Assembly: GCF_006345805.1 (NCBI RefSeq)
Contig: NC_043002.1
Span: 85,312,001-85,376,000 of the forward strand
Reading direction: 5' to 3'
Length of the DNA stretch: 64,000 bases
From: Octopus sinensis
Lineage: Eukaryota
A program made the position numbers and the translations under genes. The notes under the pieces are model-generated. The model ran no database searches, had not been told where the DNA came from, and saw only the letters and a list, made by a program, of their open reading frames with translations. This document shows positions 37,745 through 51,324 of the stretch, in pieces. Numbering within the stretch: the stretch's first letter is position 1; each line of letters starts with the position of its first letter.

Positions 37745-38984
37745 GAATATTTATTAATAGATTTATACTAGGGTCCATATTCTACCTTTGACATAAAACA
37801 CACTTTTAATTTTTTCCACTGCATCCTTATTAATTTAAGTCGTGAGAATGTGTGCATTGAGGAATATTTGGCCGCTATTTCAAGAATGTAAGGCGACTAC
37901 GTAGATGCTTTCTGGTACAACAAAATAAACTAGTAGTTAGTTATTAACATTTACTCAGTTACTCGTTAAAGTCTAAACAAACTGTTTCTTTTAATAAATC
38001 TCAACTGCCTCAAAACGATTCCTGTTCATACAATGAGCAAGTGGTCAAAGCACGCTAACAGAATTAATAGCTGGAATGGAGAAAGGTAATACAGAAAAAG
38101 AAAGGGGAGAAGGGGAGATAAAGAGTTAAGCGAATTGATCGCTTGGCGATTTTTTTTCCTCCGTCTTCCCTTCTCTGGATGTTTTCACCTCAATAGACGT
38201 CATTGATTGGTTGAAATTGCAGAAATTGAAGGAAAAAAAACAACAAATATCTTACAAACTATAGAATTTTCTCAATAAAGCCAAGAGAAAAGGATGCTTT
38301 ATAAACACATTCTACCAGTATACGAAGTTTAAAAGTGTTTAGTTATGTGGAAATTATTTCAAAAAACTGCCGGTTAAACCGAAAAGATCCTAAATGAATA
38401 CTATAAAGACCAATGCCTTGATTTACTCAGAGCCTGTAAAACTGTTAAGGCGGCTCTAGTTCTTGCCCTTGAGAAATATGGCGAAAGCAGTATTATTGCC
38501 GTTGACCCATTTTGATTAGCACCATTTACGTACGGTTTTTAAGACTGGTTGTCGGAAGTGATTTGTGGATAATCGCTTCAGCATTTATATTTTTGAAAGC
38601 GCATTTGGCCTCGTTTAAATAAATTGGTTCGCTTGTTATAATTTTTTCATATTGAGGTACAGCTATAAATCAATTAAAGGTTATTTCTATTAAATATTTT
38701 CTGAATTAATGGTTAATGGGGGAAATGTCTATTTTTTAAGGCTGGTGACATTTTAGCTTAATTTTTAAAGGGAAGGGCAGTGTGGATCAGATGTTATTGA
38801 ATGGGTGAATGTGTTATGAGTAAATGTAATATTATCCATGGATCTGTTAGCTTCTAGAATTCTATTGTGTTATGGAATGACATTGTCGAAAATTTCTTTA
38901 TTCGATGACAGTTTAAAGATTCTTTTGAAATTATTAATAAGGTTTTTGAAAACTATGGATGGACGCCAGGAATCTACATTGGTT

Positions 38985-39575
38985 TCAAATTCTGGTACAA
39001 GGCCGGTAATTTCGGGGAAGGGGCTAAGTCAATTAGATCGACCCCAGTGTGATCAGCTGGTACCCATTTTATTGACTCCGAAAAGATGAGAAGCAAAGAT
39101 GACCTCGGCGGAATTTAAACTCAGAACTTAAAGATGGAAGAAATGCCGCTAAGCATTTCACTTGGTGTGCTACCGATTCTGCCAACTCACTGTCGTCTGC
39201 GCCATAGTAGGAGGTTGATGACGCAATGAATTCAGTGCTACAGAAAAAAAAAAGAAAAAGCTTTCCAATACTTTCATTCGACTTCTACATTATCCAATAA
39301 CTTTTACACACAATCCATATTGGATAAAGTATGGAGTTGGTATGAGCTGGCAGAATCGTTAGCACGTCGGGCGAAATGCTTAGCGGTATTTCGGCTGCCG
39401 TTACGTTCTGAGTTCAAATTCCGCCGGGGTCGACTTTGCTTTTCATCCTTTCGGGATCGATAAATTAAGTACCAGTTACGCACTGGGGTCGATATAATCG
39501 ACTTAATACCTATGTCAGTCCATGTTTGTCCTCTCTATGTTTAGCCCCTTGTGGGTAATAAAGAAATAGGTATGA
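38985..39575. mobile_element. Two SINE family B copies (38985-39195 minus; 39345-39575 plus)
   Basis: Family B core in both; the plus copy ends at gtaataaagaaata. Confidence 0.8.
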
Positions 39576-39977
39576 TGTATCAGGAAGGGACAGTACCTCT
39601 TTAAAGCAAGAAGTTCCTTTTCAGGACAGCCCATCAGCCACAGGCTCCTACTTGATTCACAGTTTTCACCTATGATTCTACGAGATGTCTGATTGCATTT
39701 AGAAACAGGTCAGTTAAACCAAGATGAAGGCCACCGACAAGTTTTAAATTCTTGGCGAAATTCTTTAAGAGCTTGTCCCCTAGTGATGGGCTGGGGAACC
39801 CAGGTACAGAGAAAGCAGTAACGTAGCTAGCGAATGGGTCGGTTCACCTAGGGCGATATCTTGGCGGGACTTTTAGGTCTTCTGTATAAGTTTATAAAGG
39901 TTGTTGGGGTCTGGGGGGGCAGCAAATTCAAAGGTTGCTCCGAGCAGCACACACACTAGCTACGCCACGGCAGAAAG

Positions 39978-40575
39978 TCGAGCTGGCAGAAACGTTAGCA
40001 CGCCGGGCGAAATGCGTAGCCGTATTTCGTCTGCCGTTACGTTCAGAGTCGACTTTACCTTTCATCCTTTCGGGGTCGATAAATTAAGTACCAGTTACGC
40101 ACTGGGGGTCGATATAATCGACTTAATCCGTCTGTCTGTCCTTGTTTGTCCCCTCTGTGCTTAGCCCCTTGTGGGTAGTAAAGAAATAGGTATTTCGTCT
40201 GCCGCTACGTACTGAGTTCAAATTCCGCCGAGGTCGACTTTGCCTTTCATCCTTTCCGGGTCGATCAATTAAGTACCAGTTAAGCACTGGGGTCGATATA
40301 ATCGATTTAATCCGTCTGTCTGTGCTTGATTGTCCCCTCTGTGTGTAGCCCCTTGTGGGCAGTAAAGAAATAGGTATTTCGTCTGCCGCTACGTACTGAG
40401 TTCAAATTCCGCCGAGGTCGACTTTGCCTTTCATCCTTTCGGGGTCGATAAATTAAATACCAGTTACGCATTGGGGTCGATATAATCGATTTAATCCGTC
40501 TGTCTGTGCTTGATTGTCCCCTCTGTGTGTAGCCCCTTGTGGGCAGTAAAGAAATAGGTATTTCGTCTGCCGTCA
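39978..40575 (+). mobile_element. SINE family B concatemer: head plus three units (168, 184, 184 bp) plus a partial unit
   Basis: gtatttcgtctgccg recurs at 40022, 40190, 40374 and 40558. Confidence 0.9.
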
Positions 40576-40980
40576 CGATATTTTGCAACATCACTGTGGG
40601 ACGCATATTTCAGAGCGGAGTGTGATTTGTAGATTGCGCTGCACATCTCACTATATCTCTGGTATACCTCCCGTTATCTCGGCCTGCGTTCCCACTGATC
40701 CAGGAAATCAGGAATGGGAGAAAGAATCAGGCACAGGTCACCTTCATTAGATTTTAAGTCCAGCGCAAATCACATGCAGACGGCAAAGCTATCGTTGCAG
40801 TAGTCGGGATATCACATGCATATACGACAATGTCATACAGTCACTTCAGAGCTCAGTCGTGAGGAGACACAGACCGTGTAGTATAGGTGAGAGTAGATGC
40901 GCTTCTCCGGTCTTTGCGCTGTTGCTGGTGCGCTGTCGTCGATGTCTTGGTCACGTTCGAAAACGATGGACGTGCGGGCG

Positions 40981-41044
<64 letters not shown>

Positions 41045-41053
<9 letters not shown>

Positions 41054-41232
41054 GGAAGTTTACGAAAAACAAAAGACGAAGACAGGTAGTGTACAAAACA
41101 AACAGATGTATTTATATAACGCTCAGAATAGAAAAAGTCTTTTACGTTTCGAGCCTACGCTCTTCTACAGAAGGGACACAGAAAAAAACAAGGAGAGAAA
41201 AAAATGTTTTAGTGGCTAACGATCTACCATAT
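41045..41232 (-). mobile_element. Short Penelope-terminus-like element with degenerate hammerhead motif
   Basis: Minus strand ctgtaga-a-gagc gtag gctc-gaaa-cgta; homolog at 60345-60505. Confidence 0.6.
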
Positions 41233-41268
41233 ATAATATATATATAATGGTAGATCGTTAGCCATAAA

Positions 41269-41329
<61 letters not shown>

Positions 41330-41588
41330 GTTTACGAACAGAGATGGATATTCATTGCAGAGTAGGTTAAGTTACACTTGGTACCGTAGATTTTTGTCAT
41401 GAAGAATACCATAGCATATACCGTAGTGCAATATATCAAATAAGACCATACGATGCGGTTTATATATGATAGTGTAATGCGTCGCGACACAACAGAGGAG
41501 TGTTAGCATACATCCCATATCCATCCCACATCCACTGTTACTCAACTAATAATAACCATCCACGTTTTTAATGTACGGTGATATATGT

Positions 41589-41997
41589 ATTTCTTTACTG
41601 CCCACAAGGGGCTAAACACAGAGGAGACAAACAGGGACAGACAAACGGATTAAGTCGATTACATCGACCTCAGTGCGTAACTGGTACTTAATTTATCGAC
41701 CCCGAAAGGACGAAAGGCAAGTCGACCTCGGCGGAATTTGAACTCAGAACGTAACGACAGACGAATACCTATTTCTTTATACCACAAGGGGCTAAACAAA
41801 GAGGGGACAAACAAGGACAGACATAGGTATTAAGTCGATTACATAGACCCCAGTACGCAACTGGTACTTAATTTATCGACCCCGAAAGGATGAAAGGCAA
41901 AGTCGACCTCGGCGGAATTTGAACTCACAACGTAACGCAGACGAAATACCGCTAAGCATTTCGCCCGGCGTGCTAACGTTTCTGCCAGATCGCCGCC
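41589..41997 (-). mobile_element. SINE family B dimer with 23-bp TSD
   Basis: ttttaatgtacggtgatatatgt at 41566-41588 and 42009-42031. Confidence 0.9.
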
Positions 41998-44616
41998 TTT
42001 TTTTTTTTTTTTAATGTACGGTGATATATGTTCGGATAAAAATCAACATTCCCACACAGATAGGGTGGCGTAGGGCGGGTTTTGGGCTTCCCCTTCTTAA
42101 TTAAACATATCTTTGACTACAGCAAAAAAAAAACGCGTATATTGCGAGACCACCCTGCGTGGTCCACGACTCTGCTCACCTCACCCTACATAGCTGCATA
42201 CGTACTAATGAAAAAAAAAATGTTATTGTTGTTGTTAGCCCGAATGAGCGGGCTTACAATCAAAAGCGTTGTAGTAGTGCTATCCATTTTTTTAACTTTC
42301 AGACTGCATCGTCTAATTTTTTCTTCTTTTAAATCTTTTTGAGAGGGCATGATATAATTTGGAAATATTTGGCAGCTATTTTTAGCAAGTTGAACGACCG
42401 CACTGACTCGTCAGGTTTGCGACCGCATAGTGACTTCGCTGTTGCTTGGCATCAGGTCAACGGACCCATGATTAAAAGTATTCCAGTTTTTTTTTTTTTT
42501 TTTTTTGTAGGTTTTTATTTTAAAAGGGAGGAAGTATTTATTAATACATTAAATCAATGTTTTTCCTTTATTTAAGAGGGTAGTGATTTATTTGAGAAGT
42601 AAAAAAGAAAAAAAAAAACGGCTGTTATTTCTAACAGGTAAAAATTCTTTTGTTGGGTTGGTAAAAGCTCAGACGCGAACTGTTCCCACTTTGATTCAGA
42701 TGGAATCACTTCCTTTACTTGACAAAAAATACTTAGAAAAGGCAAGAAAGTTGACATCGTAGCTTCTCTATAATTCAAGGTTATTGATGTAATGTTTTTT
42801 GGTGGGGAGAAAAGGCAAGAACGACGCAACCTTCAAGTTCACTCTCTCATAAATGTAAATCCCCCTCTCCCACTGTTTATATATTTATTTATAATAGTGG
42901 TTCAGGCATGCTTGTGTGCGTGTGTTTTTATAAATAAATATGTTACTGTACGCGTGCAAATCCGTAACCCAAGTTTATTTAACCCTCCATCCAATTCGTC
43001 CCTCTTACAGTTGTTCTCTCTCTCTAGTCCTCTCATTGATGTTCACTTTGTTTATATTAATGGTCCAGTAGGCATTTTTAGTGAAACAAAAAGACATGTT
43101 CTGAAGAGTAACTGAGAGTTATTTACATCCACCACGACGTAACGACGTCTCCACAACCTCGCAATTCTTTCCCCCTTGTCTCTGCAACCCCTTCTTAAAT
43201 CATAGTCATTCTACTTACTTTCCTTCGCTTTTTATTTTCTTCAATTCAATTACACCATCTTCCTTCTACCCTCGTTCTCTCTTTCCGTCCGATTTTCTTC
43301 TTCTTCTTCTTCTTCTTCTTATCTTATTTTCATTTCCCTCTCCGTTCTTTATCCTCTTCTGCTCTTGTCCTTCTTTGTTCTTTCCTTCGCTCCTCAACTT
43401 CGTCCCCATCGCCGCCACGTCTCTCGCTCTCATTCTTTATCCTCTACCGTATTATGTCCGTCTGTCTCTCTTTCTTTAAACCGTTCTATTTTCTACTCTC
43501 TTTGTGACCATTTTCTTTCTCCCTTTCTTTTTTTTTTTTGCATCTACTTGATTTCTTCGAATTTTGTCCTTGTTTGTTCTGAGTCTATTGTTATGATTAT
43601 TATTTTTTTGCCTCCATACTCTTTCTTCTTTTTATTCTGTCTTTCACTTTCTCTTCTTACCTCTCTTCATTCGCTCTGTCTGACTATCTCTCCGAGAGTC
43701 ACTCAGCCCGCAGTGCTCGTCTCCCTCACCACCACTACCACCATCAATATCAATACACACACATTTGCTAGCTCTCACCACCACTACTACTATTTCATCG
43801 GCAAACACAGCTTTCCATCGGTACTAGAGTTGTTATTGTTATTTCATCGAGAAGCCAGCATTAACGGCCGATGCGATACTACTATATAGTCACTTAGTAG
43901 TTAACAGATTTGCTATTGCACCGGCATATCAAGTCGGCTGCAGGAAGGCCCTAACTACACGGAGCTAGCTCCACGCGGCTCTTATAACAAGGATCAAAGG
44001 AGATTAGTCTGTGTAATATATGATTATCGTAGTAAGAATCGGACATACTTTGCTGGTTTAGCCTACATTTTTCAGGTAAGATACATATTTTTATCTTTCT
44101 TTTCTTTTGTCAATCGTATGCTAGAGCGCACTGTACACCCAAATGCACACATACACACAATTTAGCGCTCACTTTGTCGTATATTGCTGGTTGTCTCATT
44201 CAGAGAAATAAATATGGTGAAACGTAAAGGGTGGGGGGTGAGATAATTTATACGCGTACACTAAAATGAAAAGTAAATTTTTTGTGGTCTCAGGCTATAG
44301 TAAAGTGTACTCGGAGCACAAAAACATCCTTACATAACGCAGTTATGTTTATTTATTGTTCATATGCGAGTTGGCGTCTCTCATTTTCTTTTATACAATT
44401 TCCTGACTGTGTACGTGTAACAAAATAAATAAAGCAAAGATATGTTACTATGACCGAAGAAAGGGAAAAAAATCTGACATTTATTCTTCGATTAACAGGG
44501 TAGATCTAACAACATCACACACACGCACACACACATTCTTTCTCTCTGCTTTTTCTTTCTCACACACATTCTCTGCTTCTCTGCTTTTTCTTTCTCTCTC
44601 TCTGACACGCACACAT

Positions 44617-44650
<34 letters not shown>

Positions 44651-45158
44651 GCACACACTCTTGTAAAGAGTATGTGTTAAAGTTGAGGTATATATATATA
44701 CCTTTGTATTTCCCGAAATACTCAGGTGAGAAGCGTGTATTTAACAAGCACCCACAGAGCTTAGTACACTCAAGAACGTCTGTATTTTGTGTTGCGCGTA
44801 CTACTGCGTATGATAGGGTACATACATCTATCCTGCCAGGTGAGGGAGTGACACTCTAGGGTACGGACACCGTTACATCACAGAATAGCAAGCAGGTTGC
44901 TACCTGCGCGGAGCATGCATTTAGATACACATAGCTTACCTGTTTAAACGAAGCTACTATATAGATTTATGCGTGTGACATTAAAAATTTCAAATGTGAA
45001 TTTTCCTGAACTCGATTTAATTAGAATATTCAAGAGAGCATGCACTTACAAGTGTCTGTGTATTGTATGTGTGTTTATATGGGTTCGATTTTTCATTTCC
45101 TTTCATTTTCACTCTCTTATCCTCTTTATCACATTCTTTCCTGTAAATCTCTCTCTCT

Positions 45159-45202
<44 letters not shown>

Positions 45203-46078
45203 TTCTGTGTCTCTCTCACTGCATTTATAAATGCCAAACATGCAGATTCTTCTAGGAACAAGTTTTATCGTTTAATTTTAAAATGTTTGTAGTTTAGGGC
45301 ATAAAAACAAGGTATTATTTTGTCTGTGAATTGTTTTTTTTTTTAATTACATTATTTGACAATGTTTTATGACAAAAATAGTATGTTTGCATCTTGAGAA
45401 AGATATAGTTTGTTATGTTTATTCTTACGGTATTTATTTTTCTACAATGTGTGTTTGTATATATACTATATGCATAGAAATACACAAACTTACGTGCGTG
45501 CACATCGAACGTGTCGTTTGTGATAATAATACTCTATCTTCGAATGCAGCGTACGCGCATCCACGGATACGCGCTAATTTTGTTCGGATGTTGTGAACGA
45601 TGTATGCAAGTGTCTACACGCACGCACACACACACACACCTATCTTATTACAGTATCTATCTTTTGTACTCACATACACGCACGTGCGCACACACACACA
45701 CACACACATATACACACATATCTATACATACATACATATAATCAATACTTCTTAAAATGACACAAGTCAATCGCTGTTCAACGCAATTCATAGTTCATAA
45801 AACTCTAATGGCTTCCCCACATTTTTTCCCTCAACGGTTGCTCATTTTAAACTGAAATTAATATAAAACAAGCACAATGGCATAGTTCAGTGCTTCCTTT
45901 TTTTAGTGGTAGGTACTTCGACTATCGGAACTTGTTGACCGTATCCTGTCTTTCATGTTACCATTCTTGTTACTTCCCCTACCCCACCCACTATATAATT
46001 CATAATCGGCTTCTTATTTTTGTATATATTAAGCACTTATCTCGACACCTCAATCCTTAAACCAAGTCCCTCCGAAAT

Positions 46079-46115
<37 letters not shown>

Positions 46116-46443
46116 TATACATTCCTAACTACTACTAAGTTGCATGAGGGACTCTCTGCGATGGTGCTTGAGATAGCAGCCAAATCTCCCTCAAATTATT
46201 TCCTGCTATCTTGAAAAAAGGAAGGACAAAGGTATCGGATAAATGTAGATATAACTATACAAAAAAGGCAAAATAAAAAAAATAAACCTAAATTGTCAGA
46301 CCTGGAATATTTTTCCTCGTAGGTTTCTAAGAAAAAAAAAAGAAAAGGAAAAGAAAAACAAATCTGCTAACATCGAGCCATTTAGGGTAGTCGCTGAACC
46401 AACTAGAAATAGCAGCCAAATATCTCCCAAAGCACACTATACC

Positions 46444-46555
46444 GGGCGAAAGAATACGTACACCCGGTGTTTAAGGTTAGGGTTAGGGTTTAGGGTAGGG
46501 ATAGGGTTTTTGTTGCACCGAAAACGGGTGGTGTATGTATTCTTTACTTCCGCCC
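46444..46555. mobile_element. 112-bp TIR element with TTAGGG core and 6-bp direct repeat
   Basis: tatacc|gggcgaaagaatacgtacacc ... ggtgtatgtattctttacttccgccc|tatacc. Confidence 0.8.
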
Positions 46556-47125
46556 TATACCGTAATGAAACAAAAAGGAACAATGAATAGCGAAATACGG
46601 ACGGGGATTACTATACCTAAAACAGACGTGATGGCCATGGCTTGAATGTCGTTAGTCTGACAGAAAGGGCTATCTTGGAAGGTAAACAACAATTACCACC
46701 AACCTGTAAGGATTCCATCTGAGCATTATCAGTAGGAACTTCTACTGTTAGTCCTTCATACCTCACCTAAAATAACGTGTAAAAGTCGGTTCCAAAAAAC
46801 TAGCGCCGGAACTGTTTTCCCCACTAACATTTTATGTTATAACTTACCCTTTTTTAGTTAACGAAAAATACCGTCTTTATTTTAAAACCGTCAGTCTGTG
46901 TATGTGTGTGTGTGTGTGCTTGCGTGTGTAAGTTTATGCAAATGTATTCAAATACGGTTTTCCTGGTATTTCTTGCGTGAGTAATTTGTGAAGAATAGTG
47001 CATTCAAAGAAACGGTGACGGTTTCGTTGAAAATATGACATGTCTAAGTGGTTAATTATCTAATATACCATAAATGTAAATGTAGTGTATTATATCACAC
47101 AGAAACAGATACACACACATACGCG

Positions 47126-47164
<39 letters not shown>

Positions 47165-47339
47165 AGACACAATATACTGTCAGTCATCTGCTTCTACAGA
47201 ATTTTGAACATATTCACCTGTTTAATGCAACAGGTGTGTGTGTGTGTAGGTATAATGGTAAATCCAGATATCAATAAATTCAGAATAAATTATATATATT
47301 CATACGTTGTATGTATGTTTGTAGGAATGTTTGTATATG

Positions 47340-47375
47340 TGTATATCTGTATGCATATATATATATATGTGTGTA

Positions 47376-47410
<35 letters not shown>

Positions 47411-47700
47411 AGGTGTATATATATATGTATAGGTGTATATATATATGTATAGGTGTATATATATATATGTATAGGTTGTATATATATATATGTATAGGTG
47501 TATATATATATATATATATATGTATAGGTGTATATATATATATATGTATAGGTGTATATATATGTATAGGTGTATATATATATATATGTATAGGTGTATA
47601 TATATGTATAGGTGTATATATATATATATATATATATGTATAGGTCTATATATACATATATATATGTATAGGTCTATATTTACATATATATATGTATAGG
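47340..47700. repeat. Minisatellite of (TA)n-TGTATAGGTG units
   Basis: tgtataggtg recurs more than 10 times, separated by variable TA runs. Confidence 0.9.
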
Positions 47701-48024
47701 TGTGTGTGTATATTATATACATATATATGTACGTGTGTGTATGTATATATGTGTATGTGTGTGTAGAGAGAGAGCTGTGTGGTTACGAAGTTTGCTTCCC
47801 AGCCTGGATTTTCAGTTCACTCCCGATATGTTGTCATCTTGGGTAAATGTCTCCTGTTATAGCCCCAATTTATAGATAAATGTCCCTACAGGCTATCGGA
47901 GAAGAAACTGAAAGAAGCCTATCGTTTCCTTTCCCGAGCGTCTGCTAATACATTACATGTACCACGCCCCGGCGTTGTTTTTTTTTTTGTTTTGGGTGTT
48001 TGTTCTTTTGGGGGATTTACTATA

Positions 48025-48220
48025 TACACTTTACTCTTTTACTTGTTTCAGTCATTTGACTGTGGCCATGCTGGAGCACCGCCTTTAGTCGAGCAAATCG
48101 ACCCCAGGACTTATTCTTTGGAAGCCTAGTACTTATTCTATCGGTCTCTTTTGCCGAACCGCTGGATGACGGGGACGTAAACACACCAGCATCGGTTGTC
48201 AAGCGATGTTGGGGGGACAA

Positions 48221-48312
<92 letters not shown>

Positions 48313-48414
48313 TACGACGGGCTTCTTTCAGTTTCCGTCTACCAAATCCATTCACAAGGCTTTGGTCGGCCCGAGGTTCGTAAGCTAACTACTTACCACA
48401 CAGCCACTCCTACG

Positions 48415-48415
<1 letters not shown>
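48025..48415 (-). mobile_element. SINE family A, with a deletion in the head
   Basis: Reverse-complement tail ctcttttacttgtttcagtcatttgactgtggccatgctggagcaccgcc. Confidence 0.85.
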
Positions 48416-48457
<42 letters not shown>

Positions 48458-48750
48458 ATATATATGTCTGTCTGTATGTATGTATGTAATGTTTGTATGC
48501 ATGTGTGTGTGTCCTTATCTTGACGTTGCTTGATAGTTGTAAACAAGCGTCACCATCAGTGTCGTTGGTTTGCAATCTTCCATGAAAACATGTCCAGCGG
48601 TGGAAAAATATTAACTTGTTTGGTAACATGTGAGGCTTAGTGACAGGAAGGGCATCCGGCTGTAGAAAATCTGTCTTAATGAAATTTGTCTGACCCACAC
48701 AAACATGAAAAAGTTGACATTAAAGCAATTGTGTGTATGTGTGTGTGTGT

Positions 48751-49060
48751 GGAGGTGCAATGGCCCAGTGGTTAGGGCAGTGGACTCGCGGTCGTAGGAT
48801 CGCGGTTTCGATTCCCAGACCAGGCGTTGTGAGTGTTTATTGAGTGAAAACACCTAAAGCTCCACGAGGCTCCGGTAGGGGGTGGTGGCGATCCCTGCTG
48901 TACTCTTTCACCACAACATTCTCTCACTCTTTCTTCTGTTGGCCTGCTTGCTTAGCCAGCGGGGTGGCGTCATTTGAAGGCTAAAACAATGCGAAGCGCA
49001 TTGTGACCAGCGATGTGTAGCAACATCTGATAGCCTGGTCGGTCACGGTGATCACGGTGA
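48751..49060 (+). mobile_element. SINE family C head with alternative tail
   Basis: ggaggtgcaatggcccagtggttaggg; near-identical copy at 52828-53122. Confidence 0.88.
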
Positions 49061-49076
49061 TATATGTATAGTTCTA

Positions 49077-49515
49077 TGGCAATCTTTCGTCTCTAGTAGA
49101 CCTTTCCGTCGATTTCCGTAAATTTTTTTTTTTTTTTACATATGGGCTTGCGGGAACTTTTGAAGTAATGAGAGCGAAAGAGACTAAGAGAAAGCGATTG
49201 TATGACGAGGGAAGTTCTTTTGAAGTTACCGTGCATGGGAGCATTGATGGACATGCGTGTGTGCGTGCGTGTGTGTGTGTGTGTGTTTGATGGGGTGTGG
49301 GAGACAGACAGTATGTTGTGTAAGTGAAGTGCTTCTGTTAGTGTGTGTGAAGAGACAGAGTAATGTGTGAAAGAAAGAGATAACTGAAATTTTTTACTCG
49401 GTGTATGTGTATATGTATGTATATTACTTCAAAAGTTTCCGCAAGCCCATATGTAAAAAAAAAAAAAAATTTACGGAAATCGACGGAAAGGTCTACTAGA
49501 GACGAATGATCGCCA
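49077..49515. mobile_element. MITE with 93-bp TIRs and 6-bp direct repeat
   Basis: Arms 49077-49169 and 49423-49515; gttcta at 49071-49076 and 49516-49521. Confidence 0.88.
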
Positions 49516-49517
49516 GT

Positions 49518-49596
<79 letters not shown>

Positions 49597-50292
49597 ACCA
49601 ATGTATTACATAATACACACACACACACATATGTATGTGTGTGTGTCGGCGAAGTTAGTTTCGCACCAATGAGTTCCTAGATTCGACCTCGCTCCGATAA
49701 GCTTGTTTACAATGCCCTCCGGTTTAGAGAATTGAGGTAGGCGGAAATTATGCAGAGTCTAATAAAACGAACTACAATTCAAAAACCTTGACGCACAAAT
49801 CTAACCCTAATTTTTATCCCTGTGAATTTCCTTGAGGGTATAAACACGTGTACCTTTAAAAGAATTCAGATACTTTGCATGCTCATTCAATGAATAATAA
49901 AAAGAAAGTGGATGGTGCTAAGTCATCAAAATTGATGTGAGAATTCAAGGCGTGTGCTTGTGTGTGTATGTGTAACCCTGTGGTTAGGATGTTGCGCAGA
50001 CAATGTTGATTTGATTGAGAGAGTGAGGTAATGCACAGTAGAAACATTTGATCACCATAAACAAATCATCTGTGCAGGTCATTCACTAAGAAATTGCAGA
50101 ACTCTCATCTATCGCCAGGAAAAAGATCTACAACGAAATATGTGTGTATGTATGTATGTGTGTATGTATGTGTGTATGTATGTATGTATGCATGCATGCC
50201 TGCATGTATGTATGTATGTATGTATGTATGTATGTATGTATGTATGTATGTATGTATGTATGCATGCATGTATGTATGTATGTATGTATGTA

Positions 50293-50660
50293 GGCGTAAG
50301 AGTGGCTGTGTGGTAAGTAGCTTGCTTACCAGCCACATGGTTCCGGGATCAGTCCCACTGCGTGGCACTTTGGGCAAGTGTCTTCTACTATAGCCTCGAG
50401 CCGACCAAAGTCTTGTGAGTGGATTTGGTAGACGGAAACTGAAAGAAGCCCGTCGTATATATGTACATATGTGTGTGTGTGTGTGTCTGTGTTTGTCCTC
50501 CCAGCATCGCTTGACAACCGATGCTGGTGTGTTTAGGTCCCCGTAACTTAGCGGTTCGGCAAAAGAGACCGATAGAATAAATACTAGGCTTACAAAGAAT
50601 AAGTCGGTGCTCCAGCATGGCCACAGTCAAATAACTGAAACAAGTAAAGGAGTAAAAGAG
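50293..50660 (+). mobile_element. SINE family A
   Basis: Full head and tail. Confidence 0.88.
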
Positions 50661-51324
50661 TATGTGTGCATGTGTGTGTATATCTACATGCGTTTATATT
50701 TTGTATATGATTATATGGATTTATATGCATACATATGCATTTACATATGTATGTGTGCATGTATATAAATATATGTACATATGTATGTATTTATGTATGC
50801 ATGCATGCATTATGTCTGCACTCTCACACACACGCGCACGCATACTAACGGCGTGCTTATTGAAAATTCAATGATGAATATTCAGTTTTGTAGTTATGTT
50901 GCAGCAAACCATAACAGAAGGGATTAATTGAATAAAAAGTCATGCCTCTCCACCGCCATATTATTATTTAGTGGTAATAATGGTAACTAAAAAAAAATAT
51001 AACGTGCCAAATATCTATATATCTAACAATATACACATGTATTTGAAGTTAAATTTACGCATATTTCTCGGTTCTCGGCTACCTATATATTTGGTTTTTA
51101 GTGATTCCACGAATTGCAGACATAGTGAAAGTATCACAGTTCAGCGAACGTTATGACCTGTTTTAAGTTTACAGGAAATTCAGGCGTAATGAAAGTACCA
51201 GAGCAGTTAATTTCCTTTTGAGAATGCGTCTGTAGAACAAAAAACCAGACGTGCAAACGTTCATACTCATACTTATGCACACGCGCGCGGCAACATCTGA
51301 TACCCCGACCCCAACTTCATACGT

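Noticed and set aside
38392-38515. Short frame LNEYYKDQCLDLLRACKTVKAALVLALEKYGESSIIAVDPF
   Set aside because: No recognisable family, start codon or splice signals.
38513-38535. miR-29-like tagcaccattt
   Set aside because: Only 11 nt match and there is no precursor hairpin.
39978-40575. CRISPR-like or satellite array
   Set aside because: The units are 184-bp near-identical SINE segments without unique spacers, in a eukaryotic context.
40590-41000. GC-rich segment with ORFs 40833-41096, 40859-41053 and 40897-41247 as an exon
   Set aside because: The ORFs run into (TA)n, show no homology I recognise, and have no coherent splice pair.
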